Of a stretch of DNA of 64,000 nt, positions 53,658 through 64,000 are shown piece after piece (the first letter of the stretch is position 1; each line of letters starts with the position of its first letter). Origin of the DNA: Octopus bimaculoides (lineage: Eukaryota); assembly GCF_001194135.2 (NCBI RefSeq), contig NC_068993.1, forward strand, positions 22,641,801 to 22,705,800. Direction: 5' to 3'. Made by a program: the position numbers and the translations under genes. Below the pieces are notes generated by a model. It was not told the origin of the DNA, did no database searches, and worked only from the letters and a program-made list of their open reading frames with translations.

Positions 53658-54349
53658 NNNNNNNNNNNNNNNNNNNNNNNNNNNNNNNNNNNNNNNNNNN
53701 NNNNNNNNNNNNNNNNNNNNNNNNNNNNNNNNNNNNNNNNNNNNNNNNNNNNNNNNNNNNNNNNNNNNNNNNNNNNNNNNNNNNNNNNNNNNNNNNNNNN
53801 NNNNNNNNNNNNNNNNNNNNNNNNNNNNNTATATATATGTCTAAATGTCTAAATATGTATGCATGCAGACACCTATGTGTATATGAGGTTGAAGTTCCGT
53901 GCACATACACACACACACAAATATATACATATACATGTGTGCGTGAGTATGTGGATATGCGTGTATGTATGAAGACGTACATTACATATATGTTTGTGTG
54001 TGAATGTGTACGTATGTTGACGTTATGAACTTTGGAGGATTTTATGTCTATGTTTTGTGAGAATATAGTTCAGTGTATTTTTTAATCTTTTATCTTTTAT
54101 CTTTTTCTTTTTCTTTTCCTCTACCTATTAGAGTAACATCCCTTTTATTCAACGGCTTTTCATAGCGTCCATTGCCATTAATAATCGACGAGAATGCATC
54201 ATAGCTCTTCAGCCGACATACGAAACTCAGAGTACTATAATGACAACTTACTGATTGTCCTCAATTATACATATATAAATAATCTGCTATTTACCTAATA
54301 TTGAGGTCTCATTCTTTTGTTGTCTTTGTTTATTATATATACATACATA

Positions 54350-54351
<2 letters not shown>

Positions 54352-54395
<44 letters not shown>

Positions 54396-54798
54396 NNNNN
54401 NNNNNNNNNNNNNNNNNNNNNNNNNNNNNNNNNNNNNNNNNNNNNNNNNNNNNNNNNNNNNNNNNNNNNNNNNNNNNNNNNNNNNNNNNNNNNNNNNNNN
54501 NNNNNNNNNNNNNNNNNNNNNNNNNNNNNNNNNNNNNNNNNNNNNNNNNNNNNNNNNNNNNNNNNNNNNNNNNNNNNNNNNNNNNNNNNNNNNNNNNNNN
54601 NNNNNNNNNNNNNNNNNNNNNNNNNNNNNNNNNNNNNNNNNNNNNNNNNNNNNNNNNNNNNNNNNNNNNNNNNNNNNNNNNNNNNNNNNNNNNNNNNNNN
54701 NNNNNNNNNNNNNNNNNNNNNNNNNNNNNNNNNNNNNNNNNNNNNNNNNNNNNNNNNNNNNNNNNNNNNNNNNNNNNNNNNNNNNNNNNNNNNNNNNN

Positions 54799-54871
<73 letters not shown>

Positions 54872-54872
54872 A
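54352..54872. repeat. (CA)n ... gap ... (TG)n
   Basis: Complementary dinucleotide arms flank a 423-N gap. Confidence 0.85.
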
Positions 54873-55645
54873 GTTGCATACATACACATACACATTTCAA
54901 TCGACTTTAGTGCAACGAAGTTGACAGTTTGAACTTTTTAAACAAAACCTGTAAAGCGGAAATAATATGCTCACTGCGACAAAGATCAAATAGGGTTCAT
55001 TGTAGAGATTGAAGTGCAATGAGTTTTGGCACCAAATCTTTAGTGTGTTGCTGAATAAAGTGTCAAGTCTCTGCTAACGGGTTGCCATGGAAATCGAAAC
55101 TGCATCGAAACATCTGTCCAGCGGGATCATTGTTAATCTCAACGACGCTTGCTACACACACACATACTCACACGCCCACACACAACCACCCACACATGCA
55201 CCCCCACACCATCACAAATCACTATTTCAAAATAAAAGAAATATATCCTTACACACTGGTACTATCTCAACCCTTATTAATGGTGTTATTTCTTTCAGTT
55301 TGTTGTTATACGTATTACAGTACATAAATATTTATATTTACGCTTTTTCTAAGTATAAAATTTTATTTGCATTGATCGATGGGTTTGGTTCTCTATGTTT
55401 CACTTATCAAGACCAATCAGAAGGAAAGTATGTCTGTTGTGGAGCCCGTGACGTCTTTGAAGATTAGTTTTTTCGCTTCAGCAGGAGAAATTGAATGTTC
55501 AATTAACTCTTATATATTGTAATGCACTCGCCAGCAGCAACAGTCCAACCAGACCAAAAGCTGGTCGCTTGAGAGGTGCGAAGGTGTCCTCCGTCATCAA
55601 CAAATGGTGGGTGCCGTGACGAGCTGTCACAGCTTATGCACCCCA

Positions 55646-55646
<1 letters not shown>

Positions 55647-55702
<56 letters not shown>

Positions 55703-55734
55703 AAAGATGAATGGTGATGGTGGTGGTGCTACCG

Positions 55735-55783
<49 letters not shown>

Positions 55784-55812
55784 CACTACTACTACTACTG
55801 CTGCTGCTGCAA
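55647..55812. repeat. (CTA)n / (CTG)n microsatellites
   Basis: Directly visible; source of the poly-Leu ORF at 55711-55920. Confidence 0.95.
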
Positions 55813-56639
55813 GCTATATTTATCTGTCATTTTGTCTGTGAATTGCAAATGAACACTGCTAAGGTTTCCCACTATGAAAATTTCACATACTGTGAAAAAT
55901 GTCACTTTTTAGCAATTTAGTGAACTAAATCCATGCTTGAAATCCATGTTTCACACATAGCACTCACACCGCTAAGAAAGCGCGCGTGCAAACACCCACC
56001 TGACTACACATAAACGCATAATATAATGTATGAATTTAGAGTATCGTATGGTTATCACAGTAACCTCCTCCTACGGACACGGCTATCTGTCCACGTAATA
56101 ATGAATTACAAACTAATGCCCTGGAAAGTGTCCGTGTAATCGAAATTTCAGAAGATCCGAGCGATAAATTATTCAGTGAGGAGTATTTAATTCGTGAATA
56201 TACAATTATTTGTAATATACTGAGCACATATTTAATATAAACATCTATGTAAAATTTCTGCATACTGAAATTCATTTCAGCGCCACATCAAGAAGATTAC
56301 GAAATGTCTGTAATCATATGGAAGTCATATCGTTAAAAACGTAGTTTTCAACTCTCACAGCCCCTGATATTTTGCTGTATATACATATACATACATACAT
56401 ACATACATATACACACACACACACACACATACACACACACACACATATATATATTTATTCTTTAAGTTTACGGGAATTGTTTTTGAGTATGCATATAAAA
56501 GCTCCTATTTTATTACGTGGGGTACAGCCTAATGATAGAAACTTTCAGTAGCAGTTTTATGGTGAAGTTACCTCTTCGAGTTATTCCGATTCATAACTGC
56601 CGTTTTCCAAGTTTTATGGCACATACATTCCCCACCTGG

Positions 56640-56800
56640 AGGAGATTTCTGTCCGTCGCAGGATTACTCATTTTTGCCAGCTGATTGAACGTAAAATGAA
56701 ATGTTTTGCTCAGGAGCATAACGCATCACCCGATCCAGGGATTGAAACCACAATCTTATGATCATAAGTCCAATGCCCTAACTACTAAGCTACGCGCCCC
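56640..56800 (-). mobile_element. tRNA-derived SINE 5' part
   Basis: Reverse of GGCGCGTAGCTTAGTAGTTAGGGCATTGGAC...GGTTTCAATCCCTGGATCGG; head-to-head with the next SINE. Confidence 0.7.
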
Positions 56801-56864
56801 ACATAGCAGCTTTATGGGGTTGTACCGAACTGTGCCCATATAATGTAGCATATATGTGTGTGTG

Positions 56865-56889
<25 letters not shown>

Positions 56890-56898
<9 letters not shown>

Positions 56899-57310
56899 TA
56901 TGCGTCTGTGTCTGTGGCAAGAAGCTTGCTTCCCAACCACATGGTTCCGAGTTCAATCCCACCGCATAACACCTTGGGTAAGTGTCTTCTACTAAAGCCT
57001 CAGGCCGACCAAAGCCTTGTGAGTAGATTTGGTAAAGAGAAACTGAAAGAAACCAGTCGTACATTTGTATATGTATGTATATATATATATATATATATAT
57101 GTTTTGTATATGTATATGTCTTTGCGACTGCATTTGTCCCCCACGACCACTTAACAACCGGTGTTAATGTTTTTTACGTCCCTGTAACGTGGCGGTTTGA
57201 CAAAGGAAACGATAGAATAATTACTAGGCTAAAAAAATTTCCTGGAGTCGATCTTTTAGACTAAAGGCGATGCTTTAGCATGACGGCAGTCGGATGACTG
57301 AAACAAGTAC
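56890..57310 (+). mobile_element. tRNA-derived SINE, near full length, with internal (TA)n
   Basis: GGTTCCGAGTTCAATCCCACCGC...CCTTGGGTAAGTGTCTTCTACT...CTGAAAGAAACCAGTCGT...GATAGAATAATTACT...GGATGACTGAAACAAGTA. Confidence 0.88.
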
Positions 57311-58715
57311 GAATAAAACATAAAAGATATATACAGAATATATGAATATTTGCAAATAATCCATTAATCTGAATATATTCATGCATATTTGCAGCTAAGC
57401 ATACACATGACTTTCATTTTGTAGTTCCTCTCTGTTGGAAAGAGGAATCGTAGTATTTCTAGGATTAGTTATTTCCCTTTGTGTTCTGACTTCTGTTTCA
57501 AATGCGCTTTTCATTTCCCTCTTCTTGGTAAAAGAGATGTTCTCGACTATGATCTCATACTTTCAAAGTATGTAATCAAATACTTTCCGTTCATGTTCAT
57601 CTTGCTTTTCTTATATCTAAATCTAGATTCTCTAATGTACCTTTATTTTTTTAAGGTAGTAGGCTATAAAATGAGTATGGAATTGGATGCTAAGTAACAG
57701 TATGTTCGAGTAAGGTTAACGTGCTGATTTTAACTTTTAAGAGAATGAGTTTGGAAGACTAAAAAAATATGATACTGAGCAAGAGTATAGTAAGCTTACT
57801 ACTACCTATAATGTTATGCTTTCGTTGTAACATTATTGGCAATAGTGGTGTTCTGCCGATCGCAATTACAAATATCGACAAAAGTCTGTTCAATTCTGTG
57901 AAGGCTCTGACGTTTTAGCTATCGACAATAAGAAAAGGATACAAATAAATACCATAATTTCTCTCAATAATATTCAGCACCAAATGATGAATCGATGAAG
58001 GAGACGGGTTAAATTTCTTGTGAATTAATCATAATTTTCCACACATGTAATTGGTTCGAAAATTCCTAATTATTGGAATCCGAAGGTGAAATATATTTAA
58101 AGGTTTGATCACATATAATAGTTTTGGGCGAATAATCAATTTCGTAACCCAAGCATATAACTGCAGTTGTCGCCAGTGGGTAGATAAAATAGGAAACATC
58201 TTAAAATAACGAATTAGTTATATGAGAAATGCGAGCAAGAATTCGTAACATATGTAGTGCAGCTGTTTAACCTCAATATTGATTTCCAGCATTAATGCAG
58301 TCATATAATTTTTGGAGAGAGGGTTTGTTCAATTAACTATACTCTGTTACTTGACTGATATTCTATATTATCGACTCTATGAAGTAAGAGTAGCATAGCT
58401 GATATCACCATGATCTGAATTCAGAGCAGAATGTGGATTAAGTAAATACCTTAAAACATTTTGTCTGACACTACGGTTACTGCCAATAACAACTCCAAAT
58501 TCTTATATGGCTTCTTATTTTGAGACACGCAACTTTCACATACACACAGTATAGAAATACTGAAGGCGCAAGTCAGTTTACGAATATCCGTGATGGAGTT
58601 TGTACAGCTTTAGAGAACTAGTGATACAGTTACTTTCACTAATATTTTTGAATTCTAAGTATGTTGCATGTGTAATAGAAAACTGGTTCAATTTCTGCTG
58701 TTGTTGCTGCTACTA

Positions 58716-58755
<40 letters not shown>

Positions 58756-61654
58756 CATTCCCCTGACTTAATATATGTCAGACTTTCTTGCATTTATTTC
58801 CATTTATACATTTCCAGTCTTTAACTGGTAAAGGTCTGTCTGGAAATAAGAAGTGAAGCGGACATGTTTTAACTCTTCAGTAAATTATCAAACCACCTTT
58901 TGTTTCTTTTAAAAACTTTGATGTTTTTTCACAATGCAACAAATCAATATATTTACAGAGTATATGAAATGGTAAATACTAAACGAGCAGACTTAAAGAC
59001 TAAAAAACTTAGTCAATGTTTGCTTATCCTGCTCTTCATAGTTCTGCATTAAAATATCAATGGATCAAAGTTAATGAAATAAATAAATACGTAAATAAAT
59101 ACATAAATAATGATAATAATAATAAGAAGAAGAACAACAATAAAGTCGATCTCATAAATCACTCACTATCGCTACAAATATTGGCCAATTTTGACTATGA
59201 TTCTCTAAGTAGGAAACGTTGGAACGATTTTACTATTTTACTCAAAATTACGTTATTGGTGCAATCATTTCTAAAGGTATTTGTATTCTGAACTTAAAAA
59301 GAGAAGAGTCTAAATATATACAATATTAATGTAACAGTGCATAGCGATTGTAGCCATTCTCTCATTCCATAGTGTCACCATGCTCATATCTTATATGCAC
59401 GCATGCGCTGGCACGCACCCATAAGTAGGTCAAAATATCTGTGATGTGTAACTTTGGTACAGTGACATACATTTAGTGTGGAAGAGTATGTTACTAATTC
59501 AACAGCAGTATTGCATGTGACATTATTTTACAATATACTTTCTTTCACTTCATACAGCACCGATCTATTGCTGATGACACAGCGCTTCACTGCTTCATAC
59601 CATTAACAATTAGCACACAAGCATCTTTTGAACACAATTTAGACTAGTTGCATTAAACTTGAATTCTTCGTTGGATACACAGTTCCAAAACATTCATCAG
59701 GAAGGACATGTCAATCTTGTAACATTCAACGATTTACAGAGAGACTCACTTCTCACACCAAAGTAAGCAGTCTAGTATTTCAATCTCTCTATCGACGACA
59801 CACTACTAAAATCCTCCATGTTGTTATAAATATCATGGCCAGGTGGTTTACCTGGGCGATCATAAGTTCATAAAGAGCAAAGACGGAATCTCAAAGACCA
59901 GCTTAATCTTCAGTGTCAGAAAATAGTTCAGTTCCATAAATCGAGTGAGATACTCATTCGATAATTATTCCAGAATTTGAACGATGCTATTCCTATATAC
60001 AAATGTATAGAACATACTCGAAAGAAAGCCATTCAATTGATTAGCAAACATATACTCATCAACGCATCAAGCTCGATGTAGCACGAGTCATTATCTGCAC
60101 TGCACTCTTCCTACCGACTCAAAAAAAGACTTCTCTCCTCAGAAGTAACTTATTGCGTACAATCACCGCTACGTAAACCTACCTCTCTTTCTTTCGTTAC
60201 AGATGTTGTGCGTTTCTCCAGTTTTGCTCTAACCAGTTTTCCAAATCCTACATTCGAGGAATGTCAGCTCACAACAATTTCTTTTCAGGCAATGTTTTCC
60301 CATGTAGTGATTGACTTACAGTTATTCAAAATGAGTGTTGCCACCAGCACGCTCAACGATTTTTGGAAGCAATCGAAGGTTCTAGGCGTATAAAAGTTAA
60401 TCATTATTAATTGTTACTGCTTTTCAGACCGATAACAATTAAATTGAATTTTAATTGGCTCAGGAATAATTATCTTTATTTGATCGATCTTCAAGAAATT
60501 TAAGTTGAATACAAGGAAACGAACGATAAATGTGTTTAACTTGTGTGGTCACTCGTCTGATGTTATCTGAGTATAAAAAGTAGTGTCGTCTTGTTTGCTA
60601 AACGCATTGGGCATCTAATTTAGAGGAGAAACAATGAGAAATATGAAGTTCATGTTTCATTAAGAAATTATCTACGTAGAGAATGAAATAAATGGAATTT
60701 AATTTGGGCTTGAAATTGTATCTGCTTTGCTGCTTGTCAAGAGTACACCGTTGAGTCATGTGCTACAATCCACATCTCCTTATTGACATCTTACCCAAAG
60801 TGACAATATGCAATTATACGGATATCAAATGGAGAACAATCAGTTACATTGCGTAAATTAATTAAAAAATATGTCGTTGCATTGCATAGAAACATTCTCA
60901 GGTTATCGAAATGGAGCCGTAATTTTATACGTTAGGAAGTCATGATCATAGGACAATTTCTCCACAGAATCTAAATAATATTCTCAAACATTTATATTAA
61001 ATTTCAGACACTTCTTTGTTTCTTTCTATTTAGTTTACTTTCAGAAACAAAATACAACATTTAAACATTTTATACTCTAGAAAGTGATATACTGGAATCT
61101 GTTTGAAATCCTAGATATTAGATTTTGTTTCATATAGATTCTCTATACATTTAAAGAAATGTATCACTCCAAACAAATTACTTCTATTTTCTTAGTGAAA
61201 ACAGTAACAATGGTGGAATATTCACGCCTCATAGGAGATCAGAATCTCGGAAATCAATTAATGCTATGGCTTTCCTTCTCTTATCACAGCGCCAAATTGT
61301 CTGAATTCTATGTTTAATGTTATCTAGTTTAAAACGGCTGCTGCCTTCAGGAAGATAATCACGTGTCCTTTTTAAATAACAAACTAACTTCTACTTATAT
61401 TTCGCCTTTTTAATCAGAGAGTGGCAAAACAGTCAGGGTCTCTCATTCTAATTTTGAAGTGTCAAAACTGCCGAAAGGCCAAGCTATCATCATTAATTTA
61501 TCAAAACTTATCCTATCCCAGATATAATATCATATCTCTAAATAATACACCGAACTCTTTTCGTTACATGTGTTTCGTGGAATGAAGTGCTCACCCAATA
61601 CGCAGGCCTGTGAATAATAATAGTAATAAAAAAATATTAATAATAGTAATTTTA

Positions 61655-62260
61655 TTTATCTACCTATTTTCAGTTTCTTTCATTCTAATTGTATGGTGCT
61701 TTATATTTGCAATCTTCCATCCTACACAAGCCTGACCTTCTTCCAATAATAGCGGTTCTGTAGCATTTTTTACATACCATGTTATGCTGTTTTCTTCTGC
61801 TCTAATGATGTGTTCGTATCCAATCAGAACTCTTCCACCTCTTTTCCTTAGTACATACAGTCTCTCGCAGTCTGTCTGTGTCACTTTTTGGGTGGAGTAT
61901 CCCATATCTAGTCAGCAACTTCCTTGTCTTCCTGTCTAAGCCGTTTAGTTTGTCTTCTGTCCATGCAATTACCCCTGCTCCTTATCTAATGAGTGAAAGG
62001 TGTTGATTACTTCAATCTTATTCCGTCCGTTTAATTTCGACTTAAGTATCAGTCTCAGTCTGCGCAAGTACTCCACCTTAATTTTTCCGCCATTCTTTTT
62101 TGCATCAATTTAACCTTTTCCAACCATTTCCCCAAGTACTTATATTTCGTCTCTTCTACGTGCTTCATAACCTCTCCCGACGGTATCGCTAACCCGTCCA
62201 AACATTTAAGTTTGCCTCTCTTCAAGACCAACACACCATACTTTTTCAGTCCGAGCTTCA
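61655..62260 (-). mobile_element. R4/Dong-like RT/thumb fragment (old subfamily)
   Basis: MKLGLKKYGVLVLKRGK...KYKYLG and ERLYVLRKRGGRVLIG...AEENSITWYVKNATEPLL. Confidence 0.8.
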
Positions 62261-62261
62261 T

Positions 62262-62890
62262 TCAGATATCAGCACTGAAAGTATACACCGTATCAACGAG
62301 AAAACAAAACAAGCAAAGGAATATCTAAATGAATTCCAAATACAGCAAATCCCAGAATTAGACGTACTGGAAACAAGCACAGAAAAAGCGAAGCGTATGG
62401 AAACCCGTGCTAAAACTTCTGCCTGAGATATTTTTGTTGATAAATGGCGAGAAAAACCTTTCAATGGCAAATACCCAAATAGAGCTAATAGTGCCTATGT
62501 TGACAAAGCCCTTACCCATCAATGGTTAGTGTCTTTTGACTTAAAATAAGAAACAGAAGCGTTCCTCATAGCAGCCCACAATCAATGCCTACCTACAAGG
62601 AACTACCAGGCCAACATATTAACGGACGGCAGTAGCCCAACATGTAGTTGGTGCATTAGGTATGATAGAAAAAAAACATATTCAGGCAAATACATAAACA
62701 AAACACCAGTAATTACAAATGCATATGGCATACAAAAAATAGCACCGCTATGCAGCGCGCACATCCTATTTAAAGCACTTTCAATACAATGAAAATAAGA
62801 GCACCACATTAAACCACAGCACATACCCAAGTGACACAAACCTCCGGCGCAATTAGTGTAGTGAAAGTACTTGATAAAAATAAGATTACT
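62262..62890 (+). mobile_element. R4/Dong-like 3' fragment with internal deletion and (AAC)n tail
   Basis: KWREKPFNGKYP...KETEAFLIAAHNQCLPTRNYQ, then a 3' UTR (CACAGCACATACCCAAG...GTAGTGAAAGT) related to the young family. Confidence 0.8.
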
Positions 62891-63329
62891 GAGGAACAAC
62901 AACAACATCAACAACAGTAACAACAACAACAACAACAACAATAATNNNNNNNNNNCTTGGATCCAACTTGTACAAATGCAAAACAAAAGTCAAACATAAA
63001 ATAATAATAATAATAATATATAAAAGAAAAACACGTGTCACAAGTGATGTCGAACCGAACAAAGAGAAAGCGAATTCCCACAAACGAATAAAAAACGGCA
63101 GCGAATTAGTCACTCAGTTTAAAACATCACTAAACAGTTGTGCCTCGGAAATAGTTACAAAAAAAAAATGTTTTTTAATTAAAAATAGAGGCGATTTTCG
63201 ATCTATATATCTATATATCTATTAAAAGAACAAAGAAATGGTGTCATGTCAAAAAGTCAACAATCAGACCCGTTTCCTATTGACACCGTCAATTCTTCAA
63301 TGACAAACCTAAACTAGTAGGGCTGCTAA

Positions 63330-64000
63330 CAACTGGTAAATAGTTCAACAATGACATCGGGATTGATTTTGGCCATGAGAGGTGTGTTAAAGCAACTTTT
63401 GTAAGAGGAAAGTCAGGTAAACGGCTTTCATTAAATTAGATGCCGATGTTATCATCAAGTAACATGACTCAGAGGGAAGTTATAAATACCTAGGGATAGA
63501 CGAAGGAGATGGTATGCAACATGCTACTATGAAGGAAAGCACAAAATGGAGTATTATAGGAGAGTAAGACTGATACTAAAAGCTGAACTCAATTCTAAAA
63601 ATTGCATCGAAGCCATTAAGGCCCTGGCACTTCCAGTTGTCCAATACAGTTTTAACATCATTAACTGGAATCTTACAAAGCTCCAACGCCTGGACAGGGA
63701 GACAAGAAAACTCGAGGAATGATGCACGTAGAACTATGCCGTAAGACCTCCAAAATAGCAATGAACAGGTATATATCTAGTAGAGAGGACTGGATGCTGT
63801 GGCTTGTGAGTAAACACGAGGGCAATAAAAGATCACATTCTATTGTAAAGGAAGCTTGCAAATTTGCAAGGGAATTTGGCATTACCCTGAATCAGATGAA
63901 CCTGAAACCACTGCCATAAAACAAACAAAAAGGATCAAGCAGACTGTCAAAAAGAACGGGCAGAAATAGATTAAGAAGCATTGGGGCCAGAAACCTCTGC
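63330..64000 (+). mobile_element. R4/Dong-like RT fragment continuing past the window edge
   Basis: YKYLGIDEGDG, LILKAELNSKNCIEAIKALALPVVQYSFNIINW and WGQKPL. Confidence 0.8.

Noticed and set aside
57440-57580. Hydrophobic plus-strand frame GIVVFLGLVISLCVLTS
   Set aside because: No start or splice context; T-rich composition accounts for it.
60183-60390. Strong splice-like signals on both strands (plus-strand acceptor at about 60202, minus-strand donor at about 60182)
   Set aside because: No frame-compatible coding exon could be built. It could be a UTR exon but is unsupported.
61655-62890. Twin-priming 5' inversion of one Dong element
   Set aside because: The geometry fits, but the two parts look like different subfamilies and no TSD is identifiable; independent insertions are simpler.

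Overview
AT-rich, microsatellite-saturated eukaryotic genomic DNA with many assembly gaps. The repeat families suggest a coleoid cephalopod, most likely Octopus (inference). One host gene is supported, on the minus strand. Three exons (40262-40137, 19832-19590, 12925-12747) splice in frame with matching phases and encode part of the amino-terminal (LIVBP/ANF-receptor-like) domain of a divergent ionotropic glutamate receptor-family subunit. The second intron has a non-canonical GC donor. The first exon and all downstream exons were not found. The rest of the window is intronic or intergenic and filled with transposon remains: R4/Dong-like RLE non-LTR elements ending in (TAA)n, Tx1-like L1 3' ends beside (CTAT)n, RTE, a Penelope GIY-YIG fragment, Tc1, mariner, pogo/Tigger and hAT fossils, a hAT-Charlie MITE, a Helentron-type non-autonomous element and several tRNA-derived SINEs. 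The most unusual signal is a three-copy element built as tRNA-like Pol III head + trinucleotide microsatellite linker + a Penelope-type minimal hammerhead ribozyme. One copy has an intact catalytic core, and two copies sit head-to-head. Almost all ORFs in the supplied track are microsatellite, gap or transposon artefacts.
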